64,000 nt of DNA from an uncultured bacterium (lineage in GTDB: Bacteria > Verrucomicrobiota > Verrucomicrobiia > Limisphaerales > UBA8199), in assembly GCA_963749495.1 (NCBI GenBank), contig CAVVMW010000014.1, positions 384,001 to 448,000 of the forward strand. The letters are read 5' to 3'. The translations under genes were made by a program, and so were the position numbers. Positions 9,834 through 21,015 of the stretch are shown piece after piece. The notes under the pieces were generated by a model, which did not search any database, was not told where the DNA came from, and saw only the letters and a program-made list of their open reading frames with translations. Numbering within the stretch: the first letter of the stretch is position 1; the number at the start of each line of letters is the position of its first letter.

Positions 9834-10250
9834 ATGCAACAACGCACCATCCTGATTCTTGAAGATGATGACGACCGCATCCGGGGCTTCAGGAGTGCCG
9901 TGGCCTCACTGGGGCAGGAGGTCGGTGTCAGGCTGTGGCACGATGCTCCGGCGATGGTGGTGGAGTCTCCAGCCTGCTTGGCCAAGGCGTGCCTGATTTC
10001 ACTCGACCATGATTTGGCGGCAACGCCCGGAGAGGCAGACCCCGGCACCGGTTTGGATGTGGCGGAGTTCCTGAGCCTACACCCGCCCACGTGTCCGGTC
10101 ATCCTCCACACGAGCAACTTTGACGGGCGGTTGTCGATGCACAACAGGCTCCGGGCTGCCGGATGGACGGTTGCGACGGTGCCGCCGAGAGAACCCGACT
10201 GGATTCAAGCCTCGTGGCTGCCCATCGCCAGGAGATTGGCTGAACTCTGA
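9834..10250 (+). CDS. cyclic-phosphate-processing receiver (cREC)-like domain protein
   Basis: 'ILILEDDDDR', 'ISLDHDL', 'GTGLDVAEFL' and 'ILHTSN'. GGAGG RBS. Confidence 0.75.
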   Translation: MQQRTILILEDDDDRIRGFRSAVASLGQEVGVRLWHDAPAMVVESPACLAKACLISLDHDLAATPGEADPGTGLDVAEFLSLHPPTCPVILHTSNFDGRLSMHNRLRAAGWTVATVPPREPDWIQASWLPIARRLAEL

Positions 10251-10394
10251 GGCAGACGTGACCTCACCCCGGCGCGGCACTTGTGGACGGGAGACGCTTC
10301 CGCCCGGTCATCCTGAACGGCAGGGTCAGGCGATGGGGGCTGTAGCGGAAATCGCCGTCTTGCCCTCCGCCGCCATAAAGCGGACACTCAGCCC

Positions 10395-10840
10395 GTGGAC
10401 ACGAAACCTGCCCGGACGCCAAGCCCATTGGACGACCTGCTCCGGCGGGCCGAGCATTTTGCAGGTTTTGCCATGCGCCAGTTCGGGCGGGTGCCGCCCG
10501 CCGTCATGGCCCAATGCTCCAAGGGCACCCTGTTCTACATGCCGGAGAAGATGGGCGATGAGCGGGCCAAGGACCATTTCGCCAACACCACCGCGCTCAT
10601 CTGCATCGCCCACGATGTCAGCGAAGTGGTCGTGATTCTGGAGGCGTGGATAAAGGTCGCCGCGCCGGGTGAGACCCTCGACCCCACGGAACGGCCCTCC
10701 GAGGCGCTGGACCGCCGGGAGGTCGTGGTTCTGTCCGGCGAGGCGCGGGGGTCCAAACGGCAGAAGTTCCTGCCCATCATCCGCACCGACGCGGGCGGGT
10801 TCTTCGGCTTTGGCGAGTCGGACCTTCCCGAGTTCTTGGA
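10395..10840 (+). pseudogene. conserved-looking hypothetical protein, 3'-truncated by a junction
   Basis: Protein-like to 'GFFGFGESDLPEF' (includes 'ILEAW', 'PSEALDRREVVVL'). The remainder of ORF 10395..11147 looks non-coding or antisense. Confidence 0.5.
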
Positions 10841-11143
10841 AGCCGACCAGGAGTGGTGCCTCACCGGGCAGCAGCCCGTTCACGTGCCCAGCTTTGGTGC
10901 TGTATTCGAGGGTGGTGCGGGGCTTGTTGATGCCACCTTGTCAGCCATCCTTCTCACCGGTGTAGTTTTGGGCTGGCGGTCGACGAGGTTCGTTCTATAC
11001 TCGGCGGCGATGTCGTGGTCTGGCAAGGTTTCCGATGAGGCGATGCGCCCGCCCTGTCAACGTCAGGCCATGAACGCGCGCTCGATTTGCGTCTCCCCGA
11101 CGGCGGAAGGCCAGCGGTTTGGTGGAGACCGCCGCTCTGAAAC

Positions 11144-12154
11144 ATGAAATTCCAGCGCCCTGTCTCACATGCACAAGGGTGGAGCCTGGCGGCAGCCGTA
11201 TGGCTGTGGGCCGGTGAGTGCTGGGCAGGTGATCCGCCAAGTGCGCAGCAGAACTGGTGGCTGGCCAGGAACCTCCGGGTCGTCACGTACGAGTTCCTGG
11301 AGCGGGGCCATCGCCAAAGCGACCTTTCCGTGGATGAAATCCTGGCCTATCTCGACCGCTTCGGGGGCTGCGACCTGGTGCTGCTTAAGGGTTTCCACTA
11401 CTGGCAGGGCAAGTTCGACGACAGTTCCTGGGGGTATCCGCGATTCCGGGGTTTGGCTGAGACCCTGATCCCGAAACTCCACGAGCGCGGCATCCGGGCC
11501 GGCGTGTTCGGCTTTACTGATCGCCGCCGGTCGTACCGGGGTGGAGTTGACCAGACCCTGATCTTGGACGTTTGGAAGGAATACGTCCGCCTGGGCGCGG
11601 ACATCCTGTTCGTGGACGAGGAGAGCGGCAGTGGTGGCCTGGATGTTCCGGCTTCGTGCCTCAGCCATTGCGACGAACTACGGACGGCCTTCAAGCTGCC
11701 CGTAGGTTTGTTCCTCTACGGCTCGGCTTCCCAGGCCGGGCAAGTGCGTGAGTGTGCCTCCCACGTGGATGTGATCGGCGAGATGGGCTACACCCTCTTC
11801 CTGGAGGCGCACGGAGACTACGGACTGGAGGACGTTACGCGCAAATGGTCCGCAGCGGTGGCAACTCTGACGAACCCGCCCGTGGCCTATTGGACTGGTG
11901 CGATGGTGGTGGAGAAAGGAAGCCAAGCTCCCGGCACCCTCTTCTGGCGGGAACGCTTCGGTCAGCGGACGCTGGCCGGCTACTTTGAGCGCTACCTCGG
12001 CCAGGCGCTGGCCTCGGGCGCGGATGGGGTCTTTTTTCACAGCATCTGCCGTCTGTCTGGCTTGCCGCCGAACGCTCAGGAGGAGATCATGGCGCTCGTG
12101 AGGCGGCGGTTCCAGGAGATGAACGTCCGTCCCGGTCGTCGGGCGGTCCGGTGA
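11144..12154 (+). CDS. secreted hypothetical protein, possible TIM-barrel glycoside-hydrolase-like fold
   Basis: 336-aa ORF with signal-like N-terminus; 'LHERGIRAGVF', 'GADILFVDEE' and 'GADGVFF' suggest (beta/alpha)8 units. Confidence 0.55.
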   Translation: MKFQRPVSHAQGWSLAAAVWLWAGECWAGDPPSAQQNWWLARNLRVVTYEFLERGHRQSDLSVDEILAYLDRFGGCDLVLLKGFHYWQGKFDDSSWGYPRFRGLAETLIPKLHERGIRAGVFGFTDRRRSYRGGVDQTLILDVWKEYVRLGADILFVDEESGSGGLDVPASCLSHCDELRTAFKLPVGLFLYGSASQAGQVRECASHVDVIGEMGYTLFLEAHGDYGLEDVTRKWSAAVATLTNPPVAYWTGAMVVEKGSQAPGTLFWRERFGQRTLAGYFERYLGQALASGADGVFFHSICRLSGLPPNAQEEIMALVRRRFQEMNVRPGRRAVR

Positions 12155-12411
12155 CCGTCTTTTGGGAGCCCACCGGAGAGCTTGGCTTCGATTGAAAAGA
12201 CAATCGTGCGGTCGCTGTCGCGCAAGCTGTGGCGTTTCCGTTGGAGTTCGTACCGGGCCTGCGTTGGCCTGCCCAGACGGCCCGATTGACGGACGTGCCG
12301 GGCGGTGCTTGGGGCTGGGAGGAGGCAGCCCGGAAGAGCAGAAAGCAATCTCACATCCGTTATTCTGAATAACCGACTGCTGGTGCGGTCTAATAGACTG
12401 ATTGTAGTTTT

Positions 12412-13194
12412 ATGAAATCGAGAAATGTGAGTTGGGTGGGATTGGTGGCATTCCTGGCCGTCCCGGTGTTCGCGGCGGATTCCCCGGCCCCGGCGGTGTC
12501 CGGGGCCACTCTCGGGCCGGTGGCACAAGTGCAGAGTGTGCCGGCGCCAACCCCACCTGCTCTTTCCCCGAAAGCCGCTGAGGTGGTCAAACTGGCCCGT
12601 GCGGGCGTGGGTGATGAAGTCATCCTGGCCTACGTCAAGAACTGCCAGTCTCCGTTCAATCTCTCGGCCAACGCGATTCTGCGTCTCAAGGAAGCTGGAG
12701 TCGCCTCGCCGGTCATCGTGGCGATGTTGACGCACGACAGTTCGCTGCGGAATGAGAACCAGCCAGCGCCGTATGCCTCCAGCCAGAACTTTGCGCCCGC
12801 CGAACAACCTCCAGGTGGGCCGGGCTTGGTGCCAGCGGACCAGGCACCGCCACCGGCACCCGCGGAGGTGATTACGGCGGCCCCAGGCCCGGATTACTAT
12901 TGGACACCGGGTTACTGGGGTTGGGATGGCGGTTGGATTTGGATCGGCGGCGGCTGGGGCCTCCGGGGCGGCTATGGATGGGGCGGTTATGGATGGGGTG
13001 GCCGTTATGGCGGGGGATGGTATGGCCACGGGGGCTGGGGCGGCTACCACGGCATCGGGGGAGGGTATCGCGGCGGCGGCGGCTGGGGTGGCGGATACCA
13101 CGGCGGCGGTGGGGGCGGCGGCCACGGTGGCGGAGGCGGCGGACATGGCGGGGGTGGGGGCGGCGGGCATGGCGGGGGCGGCCACGGGCGGTAG
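12412..13194 (+). CDS. secreted protein with WxxGxW repeats and a Gly/His-rich tail
   Basis: Signal peptide, 'EVVKLARAGVGDEVILAYV', 'YYWTPGYWGW' and a GGGHGGG tail. Confidence 0.8.
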   Translation: MKSRNVSWVGLVAFLAVPVFAADSPAPAVSGATLGPVAQVQSVPAPTPPALSPKAAEVVKLARAGVGDEVILAYVKNCQSPFNLSANAILRLKEAGVASPVIVAMLTHDSSLRNENQPAPYASSQNFAPAEQPPGGPGLVPADQAPPPAPAEVITAAPGPDYYWTPGYWGWDGGWIWIGGGWGLRGGYGWGGYGWGGRYGGGWYGHGGWGGYHGIGGGYRGGGGWGGGYHGGGGGGGHGGGGGGHGGGGGGGHGGGGHGR

Positions 13195-13465
13195 CCTCTA
13201 GGACGCTAAGGATTAGACGCAGGCCCGAACGCGGGATTTTGGTGGTTGGCAAAGCGTGACCCTCTCGGAAAGCCCGACGCTGCTGGAAACATTCAACCAA
13301 AGGGGTGTCGCACTGTGCTTGCCACGGCAGGGCCTTTGATGTGATCGCGCACTGCACTTGACCGTCCTCCTGGTCCTGGGGAAACGCCGCAGGAGTATCA
13401 AACCCTGGTAGTGAAAAAAATCATAAAGGGCTCGACTCGGAGGGGAAACAGTCTAGCCTTGCTTC

Positions 13466-15307
13466 GTGAGTGTTCTTCGAGCTTGGTTTCTCTTGAGCCT
13501 CCTGGCGGCTGGGTTGAACGCCGCCGAGGAAAGGCCGTTCATGAGCTTTTTCAATCCCCCAGCCCGGCCCCTGCCGCTGGAGGAGCACCGCAGCTACGAC
13601 AGCGCCGCGATGCAAACCAAAGTGGGCTACAACATCTACTTGCCTCCCGGCTACGGCGATACGGGCAACACCAATCGTTACCCGGTCATTTACTGGTTGC
13701 ATGGCCGGGGCTGCTCGGAGAGCAATGACCAGTTTCCGGTCTCGACGGTCGACGCGGGGATTCGCTCGAAGGTCATTCCGTCGCTCATTTTCGTCTATGC
13801 CAGTGGCGGCGGGATGAGTTTCTACAGCGATTCCTTCGACGGCCAGTGGATGGCCGAGACGACCCTCATCAAGGAACTCATTCCCCACATCGACACTACC
13901 TACCGGACCGTTGCCAACCGCAACGGTCGTGCGATCCAAGGGATGAGCATGGGTGGGTTTGGCGCTTTGAAGCTGGCGCTCAAATACCCGGATCTTTTCA
14001 GCAGCGCGGTGGCGTTTGCCGGTGGCTATCGCTCTGTCGAGGGCATCCAGGCCGATGAGATCAGCCGCGAGATTTTCAAGCGGGTATTCGGAGGTGACGC
14101 TCAGCGATTCCTGGCCAATCACCCGGCCACAATCGCCCAGGCTAACGCGCAGAAAGTGAGGAATCGGGTGGCGATTAAGATGCTGGTGGGCTTGGAGGAC
14201 TCGCTCCTGGAGAACAACCGGTCGATGCACGCCACGCTGACCGAACTGAACCTGGCTCACGAGTATTGGGAGATCCCCGGCATAAGGCACGACCTGCCGC
14301 GTTTGAGCGCCTGGCTTGGGTCGGATGGGCTCCAATTTGCCGTGCGTCATTTTGCCGCGAGCGGCACGAAAGCTGCGCCAACTCCGGCACGGACTGCGCA
14401 AGCCGAGGAATTTGCCTTCGAGAGAGAAACCGTCGTTTACAAGGAAGTCGGCCTACTGGCAATCAAAGCGGATGTGTACCATTATTCCGACAAAAAGGCG
14501 CGGCCCGTGGTAGTCTCCCTCCACGGTGGCGCACTGATCATGGGACATCGCGAGAACCTCACCAGCGGGGTGAGCGCCTTCGCGCTCACCAATGGCTATG
14601 TGTTAGTGTCCTTCGATTACCGCCTCGCGCCCGAGACCCATCTCCCGGCGATTATCGAGGACATCCAGGATGCCTTCCGATGGTTGCGCAGCCAAGGGCC
14701 GACGCGCTTTCACATCGACCCCGACCGCGTTGCAGTAACGGGTGGTTCAGCGGGCGGCTATCTCACTTTGGTCACCGGTTACCGAATCCAACCGCCTCCG
14801 CGCGTGCTCCTGGCTTTTTTTGGGTACGGAGATCTGATCGGCGACTGGTATTCGGCCCCCAGCCCGCACCCTCGCCACAATCGGAGGAAGATCACCCCGG
14901 AAGAAGCGTGGCGACAGGTCAGCGGCCCGGCAGTGGCCGATGCCCGAGACCGAAAGGGCGACGGCGGGATCTTCTATAATTTCTGCCGGCAGACCGGCCA
15001 ATGGCCCAAGGCGATCTCCGGTTGGGACCCTCGCAGCGAATCGGAGAGGTTCTTTCCTTTCATGCCGCTGAAAAATGTCACGCCGGTGTATCCCCCCACG
15101 GTGCTGATTCACGGCACAGCGGACACGGACGTGCCTTTCCAACAATCTCAGCTCATGGCGCAGGAATTTCAACGGCACGGTGTCGCGTTTCAGTTTCACC
15201 CGATTGCCAAGGCCGAGCACGGCCTGACCGGGGGCGACCGCGCAGAGATCGAAGAAGCTGAACGGAAAGCGTTCGAGTTCGTGAAAGTTCGTCTGGAGCG
15301 CCCCTAA
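13466..15307 (+). CDS. two-domain alpha/beta hydrolase (Fes/XynZ-type esterase plus HSL-type esterase)
   Basis: Domain 1 has 'YPVIYWLHG' and 'GMSMGG'. Domain 2 has 'HGGA', 'DYRLAPE', 'GGSAGG', 'HGTADTDVP' and 'EHG'. Confidence 0.9.
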   Translation: MSVLRAWFLLSLLAAGLNAAEERPFMSFFNPPARPLPLEEHRSYDSAAMQTKVGYNIYLPPGYGDTGNTNRYPVIYWLHGRGCSESNDQFPVSTVDAGIRSKVIPSLIFVYASGGGMSFYSDSFDGQWMAETTLIKELIPHIDTTYRTVANRNGRAIQGMSMGGFGALKLALKYPDLFSSAVAFAGGYRSVEGIQADEISREIFKRVFGGDAQRFLANHPATIAQANAQKVRNRVAIKMLVGLEDSLLENNRSMHATLTELNLAHEYWEIPGIRHDLPRLSAWLGSDGLQFAVRHFAASGTKAAPTPARTAQAEEFAFERETVVYKEVGLLAIKADVYHYSDKKARPVVVSLHGGALIMGHRENLTSGVSAFALTNGYVLVSFDYRLAPETHLPAIIEDIQDAFRWLRSQGPTRFHIDPDRVAVTGGSAGGYLTLVTGYRIQPPPRVLLAFFGYGDLIGDWYSAPSPHPRHNRRKITPEEAWRQVSGPAVADARDRKGDGGIFYNFCRQTGQWPKAISGWDPRSESERFFPFMPLKNVTPVYPPTVLIHGTADTDVPFQQSQLMAQEFQRHGVAFQFHPIAKAEHGLTGGDRAEIEEAERKAFEFVKVRLERP

Positions 15308-15357
15308 AAACGCTCCGCCAGGAAATCGAGGCCGAGGCCGCGCAGCCGCGCCATCCC

Positions 15358-16401
15358 CTATGGCTCAGCCTGCCCATCGGCCTGTCGTGGGTGCTGGATG
15401 GGCGTGCCCCAACTCATGATCTCATCGTCGCGCTTTTGCATGGGCTTGAGGTTGTGATACCACCCGCCCTCGGACAAGCCGTCCGGGAAATCGTGAATCA
15501 GCATCCCAGGCTGATTGATCTCCAGTTGCTTGGGGATCGTGGCGTCGGGCCGGGCGATGAACGACCCCCAATGGGAATAGGGCTGGGATGAGTTGTTGCA
15601 GACGGCCCACATGCGGTTGTCAGCGCAGCGAGTTGGCACTTGGTGGACGTTGAGCGTGTCCAGGCAGTCCTTGCCCTTGGACCTGGCGTTGTGGAACGAG
15701 TGGATCATCACCGTCACGCCCAACTCCCGGTAGCCAATGTAAAGCTGCGGCCAGCAGATGTCGTAGCAAATGGCCAGGCCGACCCGGACGCCCCGGATGT
15801 CGCGCGTGACGAGGCGGTCGCCCACCGAGTAGTGCTTCTGGTCGCCTCCGGTGCAGAAGCATTTGTCGTAGCGGTCGGCGATCTTCCCTGCCGGGTCGAT
15901 GAGGTAGAGGCAGTTGGTCGGCTTGGCCGATCCATCCAGAAAATGCGCCGAGCCAAGGACCAGCCACAGGCTCAAGTCCTTGGCCAACTCCCGCAATCCG
16001 GTCGTTTCCTTGCGTAACGCGTCCCAGTCGTATTTCTCGACCGATGGGAAGTCGATTCCGGCGTAGCCCGACAGGCAGGCTTCCGACGTGTGCAGAAGGT
16101 GTGCGCCCGCCTCTGCGGCCTGGCGCATGAAATCCCCTATGTATTTCGAGTTCTGGGCAGGATTTCCGCTCACGGGAAGTTGGCATGTGGCAAACCTGAG
16201 TTTTTCTGCGGGGTTCGGGTCGTGGCTTGGCGGACTCGGCGGGGCTGGCTGCGGGGGCGCTTGGGCCGCGTTCGATACACCGCTGCAAGGAATTTGGGAC
16301 AGCGCCGCGAGGCCCGCCACGCCGGCCAGAGCCTTGCCCGCCGCCCTCATGGCCTCCCGCCTCGTAACTCGCGCAAGTTTATCGGTTGAAGCTGATCTCA
16401 T
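15358..16401 (-). CDS. carbon-nitrogen hydrolase (nitrilase superfamily) with Tat-like signal
   Basis: 'TRREAM' twin-arginine; E-K-C triad in 'TSEACLSGY', 'YDK' and 'ICYD'. Confidence 0.88.
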   Translation of the reverse strand: MRSASTDKLARVTRREAMRAAGKALAGVAGLAALSQIPCSGVSNAAQAPPQPAPPSPPSHDPNPAEKLRFATCQLPVSGNPAQNSKYIGDFMRQAAEAGAHLLHTSEACLSGYAGIDFPSVEKYDWDALRKETTGLRELAKDLSLWLVLGSAHFLDGSAKPTNCLYLIDPAGKIADRYDKCFCTGGDQKHYSVGDRLVTRDIRGVRVGLAICYDICWPQLYIGYRELGVTVMIHSFHNARSKGKDCLDTLNVHQVPTRCADNRMWAVCNNSSQPYSHWGSFIARPDATIPKQLEINQPGMLIHDFPDGLSEGGWYHNLKPMQKRDDEIMSWGTPIQHPRQADGQAEP

Positions 16402-16519
16402 GGATGTCCGAATATCATGTTCTGCGCGGAGATAAAAGCACTCCTTGAGAAAAACCGACCACCGCCGAGTCGCCTGCCTCAGTCGCCGCCTCCCTTGCCA
16501 TCCTGCGCATCACGGAGAG

Positions 16520-17050
16520 GATGGGGTCCAGGCCGAACTTGGCCGGGACGCGCTTCTCCACCATGTCCCGCAGCGTGGCGGCAAACTTCTCCGGCTCCGC
16601 CCGGTCCACGAAATAGAAGTCGGATTCCGCCGCCTGGGCGGGCACGTCCGGCATCAGCCCCTCGTTGATGCGGTGGGCGGTGGTGATAATCCTGCTATGC
16701 GCGGCTTGGCGGAACACTTCGGTCAGGCGCACCACCGGCACCACGCCGCTGTCGATGATGTTCCTGAGCACCATGCCCGGCCCGACCGAGGGCAGTTGGT
16801 CCACGTCGCGGACCAGGAGCAGACTGGCGTTTGGCGGCAGGGCGCGGAGCAGGTTGTTCATGAGGAGCACATCCACCATCAATGTCTCGTCCACTACAAG
16901 GAGGTCGCATTCCAGCGGGCGGGCCTCGTTCCGCGTGAACCCTCCCGAGGCCGGATTTACTTCCAGGAGCCGGTGGATGGTCTTGGCCTCGACGCCGGTC
17001 GTCTCCGACAGGCGCTTGGCGGCGCGGCCTGTGGGTGCGCAGAGCAGGCA
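16520..17050 (-). pseudogene. recD2: RecD2/TraA-family SF1B helicase, internal fragment
   Basis: '[11 protein letters not shown]', 'AKTIHRLL', 'VVDETLMVD', '[13 protein letters not shown]' and 'LTEVFRQA'. Lacks Walker A and both termini; the usual VGD has become VRD. Confidence 0.9.
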
Positions 17051-17641
17051 CCGCCATTCCCGATGGGCCTGCGCAGGTGGACCACGCAGATGTCCATCGA
17101 GGTCACCGCGTTGGTCAGCCGCACGACCAGGTGCTTGGACAACTCACGCTCCAGGTTGCCGCAAACCGCGCTGGCCTAAAAGCCTAAAAAACCGAGAAAA
17201 GACTTTTCTCGACAATTCCTTCGCTTTCTGATTAGCATTGAAGGTTCCCGTGAAGAGAACAGCAAGCAACCGTTAGGGTTTGCAGGTGCCGTGGCCGTCT
17301 TGTGGGCAGCCAGTTATTTATGAAATTAGCGGTGGCGATGGCGGGACCGGCTCCAAGCGAGCATGAGTGGACTGCTCACCACGGCAAACTGCATACCGAA
17401 ATCCGGCGTTTGTCTCCCATCTTCTTCAAACCCACGCATCCTTTCTTTCTTCCGCAAACGAGGAATCCCAAAGCAACTGGGCGAGCGTTCAGGGCCAAAT
17501 GGGTGCGCTCCCCGGCCAGAAGCGCCTTTCAACGTGAGCGCGAGCAGCAACCAATTCTTCCTCATCCGCGCAGCCTCAACGAGGAGGCGGCGCGTCGAAG
17601 ATCAAATTCCGTCAGCTAACGGCTCCGCTAGATCAAGAGCT

Positions 17642-19060
17642 ATGAAAACACAAACCCCCATTCCGAGAACCACTTGTCCGAAGACGATGGCCGGGCGCTT
17701 TACAACCGCCTGCGCCACGAGGCTGCTGCCGCTGCTTTTGCTGTTGATGCTGCCAGCGGCGGTGCAAGCCCAATCCTACACGAACACCTACGGCATCTGG
17801 GGCTACACGACGACAAACGGAACGATCACCATTACGGGATACACCGGTCCAGGCGGTGATGTGACCATTCCAGACAGGATTCCAGACACGACCAACGGCC
17901 TGCCAGTGACCAGCATCGGGGCCAATGCGTTCTCGGACTGCACCAGCCTGGCAAACGTCACGATCCCGAACAGCGTCACCAGCATCGGAGCGCAGGCGTT
18001 CTACTACTGCACCAGCCTGACCAGCGTTACGATCCCGAACAGCGTCACCAACATCGGGGGCGGCGCGTTCTTCGTCTGCTCCAGCCTGACCAGCGTGACG
18101 ATCCCCAACAGCGTCACCAGCATCGGAATTCACACGTTCGCTCAGTGCACCAGCCTGACCAGCGTTAAGATCCCCAACAGCGTCACCAGCATCGAGGGCG
18201 GGGCGTTCGCAATTTGCACTAGCCTCACCAGCGTCACGATCCCCAACAGCGTCACTTATATCGGGGACTCGGGTCTAGTTTGGTCGGGGGCGTTCTTTGC
18301 TTGCACCAGCCTGACCAGCGTCACTATCGGCAACGGCGTCACCTACATCGGGGCCAATGCGTTTCATGGCTGCACCGGCTTGACCAGCGTCACGATCCCC
18401 AACAACGTCACCCACATCGGAGGGCTGGCGTTCTATGGGTGCGACAGCCTGACAGCGATAACAGTGGATGCACCCAACCCCGCTTATTGCAGTGTGGATG
18501 GGGTCTTGTTCGACAAGAGCCAGACCACGCTCATCGAATATCCGGGGGGCAAAGCCGGAGCCTACACAATTCCCAACAGCGTCACCAACATCGAGGGCGC
18601 TGCGTTCGAATCCTGCGCCAACCTGACCAGCGTCACAATTTGCAGCAGCGTCACCAGCATCGGGGACAATGCCTTCGAGTCGTGCTTCAGCCTGGCAGGA
18701 GTCTATTTTCAGGGCAACGTCCCCAGTCTTGGTTTTGAAGTGTTTTTCGACAGCTACGCGACCGTCTATTACCTGCCTGGGACCACGGGTTGGAATCCCA
18801 CGTTTGGTGGTCTTCCGACCGTGCTGTGGAACCCCCAAGTGCAAACCACCGATGGCGGCTTCGGCGTTCGGACCAATCAATTCGGGTTCAACATCAACTG
18901 GGCCAGCGGCATGACGGTCGTGGTGGAAGCCAACACCAACCTCGCAGACCCGACCTGGACGCCGGTAGCCACGAACACCCCCACGAGCGGCTCGGCCTAC
19001 TTCAACGACCCGCAGTGGACGAATTATCCGGGCCGGTTCTATCGGCTACGATGGCCGTGA
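17642..19060 (+). CDS. BspA-type leucine-rich repeat (LRR_5) surface protein with C-terminal FYRL domain
   Basis: About ten 23-aa 'CTSLTSVTIPNSVTSIGxxAF' repeats, a signal peptide, and the ending 'RFYRLRWP'. Confidence 0.95.
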   Translation: MKTQTPIPRTTCPKTMAGRFTTACATRLLPLLLLLMLPAAVQAQSYTNTYGIWGYTTTNGTITITGYTGPGGDVTIPDRIPDTTNGLPVTSIGANAFSDCTSLANVTIPNSVTSIGAQAFYYCTSLTSVTIPNSVTNIGGGAFFVCSSLTSVTIPNSVTSIGIHTFAQCTSLTSVKIPNSVTSIEGGAFAICTSLTSVTIPNSVTYIGDSGLVWSGAFFACTSLTSVTIGNGVTYIGANAFHGCTGLTSVTIPNNVTHIGGLAFYGCDSLTAITVDAPNPAYCSVDGVLFDKSQTTLIEYPGGKAGAYTIPNSVTNIEGAAFESCANLTSVTICSSVTSIGDNAFESCFSLAGVYFQGNVPSLGFEVFFDSYATVYYLPGTTGWNPTFGGLPTVLWNPQVQTTDGGFGVRTNQFGFNINWASGMTVVVEANTNLADPTWTPVATNTPTSGSAYFNDPQWTNYPGRFYRLRWP

Positions 19061-19082
19061 GGCGCGGCCAGGCATCAACCAG

Positions 19083-19343
19083 TTAGATCATGGCGGCGAT
19101 CGTGGCGATCGCATTGCCCTCCAGCCGGTTGTTGACGAAGACGAACGTCCGGCGCTTCGGCCCTGCCGCTTGGCCGTCCGCGATCAACGCCCTGCCTGCC
19201 GCCCGCGCCTCTGGGTTCTCCTCCTTGATGCTGTCGTAGGGTTCAAACGCCTTTACCGCCTGCTCGTATTTCCGCCCCGGCTTGAGCAGGAACCGGGCGG
19301 CAACCAGGTCGGGGTTGGTCCGGCTGCGCGGCAGCGCCATCTG
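19083..19343 (-). pseudogene. DUF72 protein, C-terminal fragment (paralog of 29593-30531)
   Basis: 'ARFLLKPGRKYEQAVKAFEPYD...FVFVNNRLEGNA' is near-identical in protein to the intact copy. Confidence 0.92.
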
Positions 19344-19409
19344 TTTATCGCCATTGAATTTCCGGCTCCAGACGCTGTTCTAAGGGAGCATGAGCCTAGC
19401 GAGACCAAA

Positions 19410-19649
19410 ACGGGTGCGCGATGTCACCTTCGGCGAAGATGCTTGCACCGCGCGCACCGGCCACGCCCCGCAAAACCTGGCTGCCTTGCGCAATGTGGTC
19501 ATCGGGCTGTGCGCCCTGGATGCCGCCCGCCAGCGCAAAGCCACCTCCTATCTGCCACGCTTTCGCAGTGCTGCCAGGAACAATCGCCGCTTGGCCATCG
19601 ACCCGGTCAGTCGTCCTCTCCTCAATAACATCTGAGGGGCGCTCCCCTG
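19410..19649 (+). mobile_element. ISAs1-family transposase 3' remnant with probable right end
   Basis: 'RDVTFGEDACTARTGHAPQNLAALRNVVIGL' is the ISAs1 C-terminus. Stop at 19635 is followed by CCCTG ending at 19649. Confidence 0.85.
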
Positions 19650-20629
19650 AGTCCGACATCGGTTCGGCTGCGATCGGTCTGGCCTTTCTGCATGCCGGAC
19701 TTTCCTATGGTTTTCCACATTATTGCCAGGCTCTGAGCACATTCTACCCACAACAGCCTGCCAACTCACACTCTGTGAGCCGCTTTGGCGGGTAATTCGT
19801 GGCCTGCGTTCACGCCCCCATTCCACCCGGCGAGGGCCGTTCTAAACGCCGAAGCCGTGACGGAAAAGCGGCGGCAGGTTCTTTCGACTGATGCTGCGCG
19901 AGGTACGGCCGGAGCACGTTGCGGAGATGCTCCACATGCTTTGGCTCTTCGGTCACGGCGACAAAGAGTTGATGCTTCCCAGGGAGGGCCGATGGCTGAT
20001 GAAGATGCCCTGCGGTTACGTGCTGGCCGGCGAGGGCCGGGCTGGCGTCAGGATTGAGCCGCCGCCAGGCCAGGGGGGCCCGCGAACAGACAACCCTTAT
20101 GCCGGCGATCACTTCGAGGATAGGCTCTCCGCCAGGACCCGCGCGGCCCCGGGCGAGCGCAGTTGCAGCTTGACCACAATCTCCTCCGCCTCCTCGAACC
20201 GTTTGCTCCGGCCCATGAAGTCGAGCAACCGATTGCTCACCGGAGCAGCGCCCGGCACTGGCCCCGCTGCCTCTCGATGCCGCCATTGCCGATGGGCGTG
20301 CCGAGGTGGACGACGCGGACACCCTGGGTGGCGACCGGCGTCGGGCAGCCGGACGGCCAAGTGCTCGGAGTGCTCGCGCTCCATGTCGGCAACCCGCGGT
20401 GGCCTGCCGCCCAGGCCCCAACCCCCGGAGGCGTCCAGGATGCCCCCCCGACGCTCTGGCCGGTCTCTTGGTCGCTGCCGCGCCCCAAAAGCGCCTCCCA
20501 TGGCCTCCGGCAGAGTGCGCTGGCCGCTCTGGCGAGGGCTGCCAGGTCTTCGCGCCAGCGATTTCCTGGAAGCCCACGAACAGCGCCCGGCTGAGCCTGC
20601 CTGGCCTTGTAGTCCTCGCCCACTGGTCG

Positions 20630-21012
20630 CCGGAGAACTGCACCGGGCAGGCAACGAAGTCGCCATCCGGGGCGCACCAGTGTTTGTAGCCGAACGGGTA
20701 GTCCCGGACGTAATTCATGCCACAGAAAACGAGACCGTCCTCGCGGTGAACCCTGCTGCCCAAGTTCACGCAGAGGCCCTTCGCCGCCAGGTCGTCGAGG
20801 AGGGGTTCCAGTGGATGGAAGTCGTCGTTCCCGAAGAAAATCAGGATGGTGGTTTTCCCGGAACCTCGCATCGCAGCCAGATAATCGGCCAGCACCCGGA
20901 AGAACCTGCGCTGGCCAGTGAACCCGCCGTCCTTGGGCGACAGATCACCGGTGACCAGGACAAAGCGGGGCTTGTCCCGCTCGACTACACGCACCAGGTC
21001 GCGCCACTTTCC
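20630..21012 (-). pseudogene. metallophosphoesterase (calcineurin-like) fragment
   Basis: 'FVLVTGDL' and 'FFGNDD' motifs; the N-terminal DxH motif and the C-terminus are absent. Confidence 0.75.
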
Positions 21013-21015
21013 GAT

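Noticed and set aside
13245..13335. GGCAAA...GGAAA...GACGC as a c-di-GMP-I riboswitch
   Set aside because: The required stems do not pair and the GCAAAG motif after GAC is absent.
17900..18690. 69-bp periodic repeats as a non-coding array
   Set aside because: Fully explained by the 23-aa LRR_5 coding repeats.
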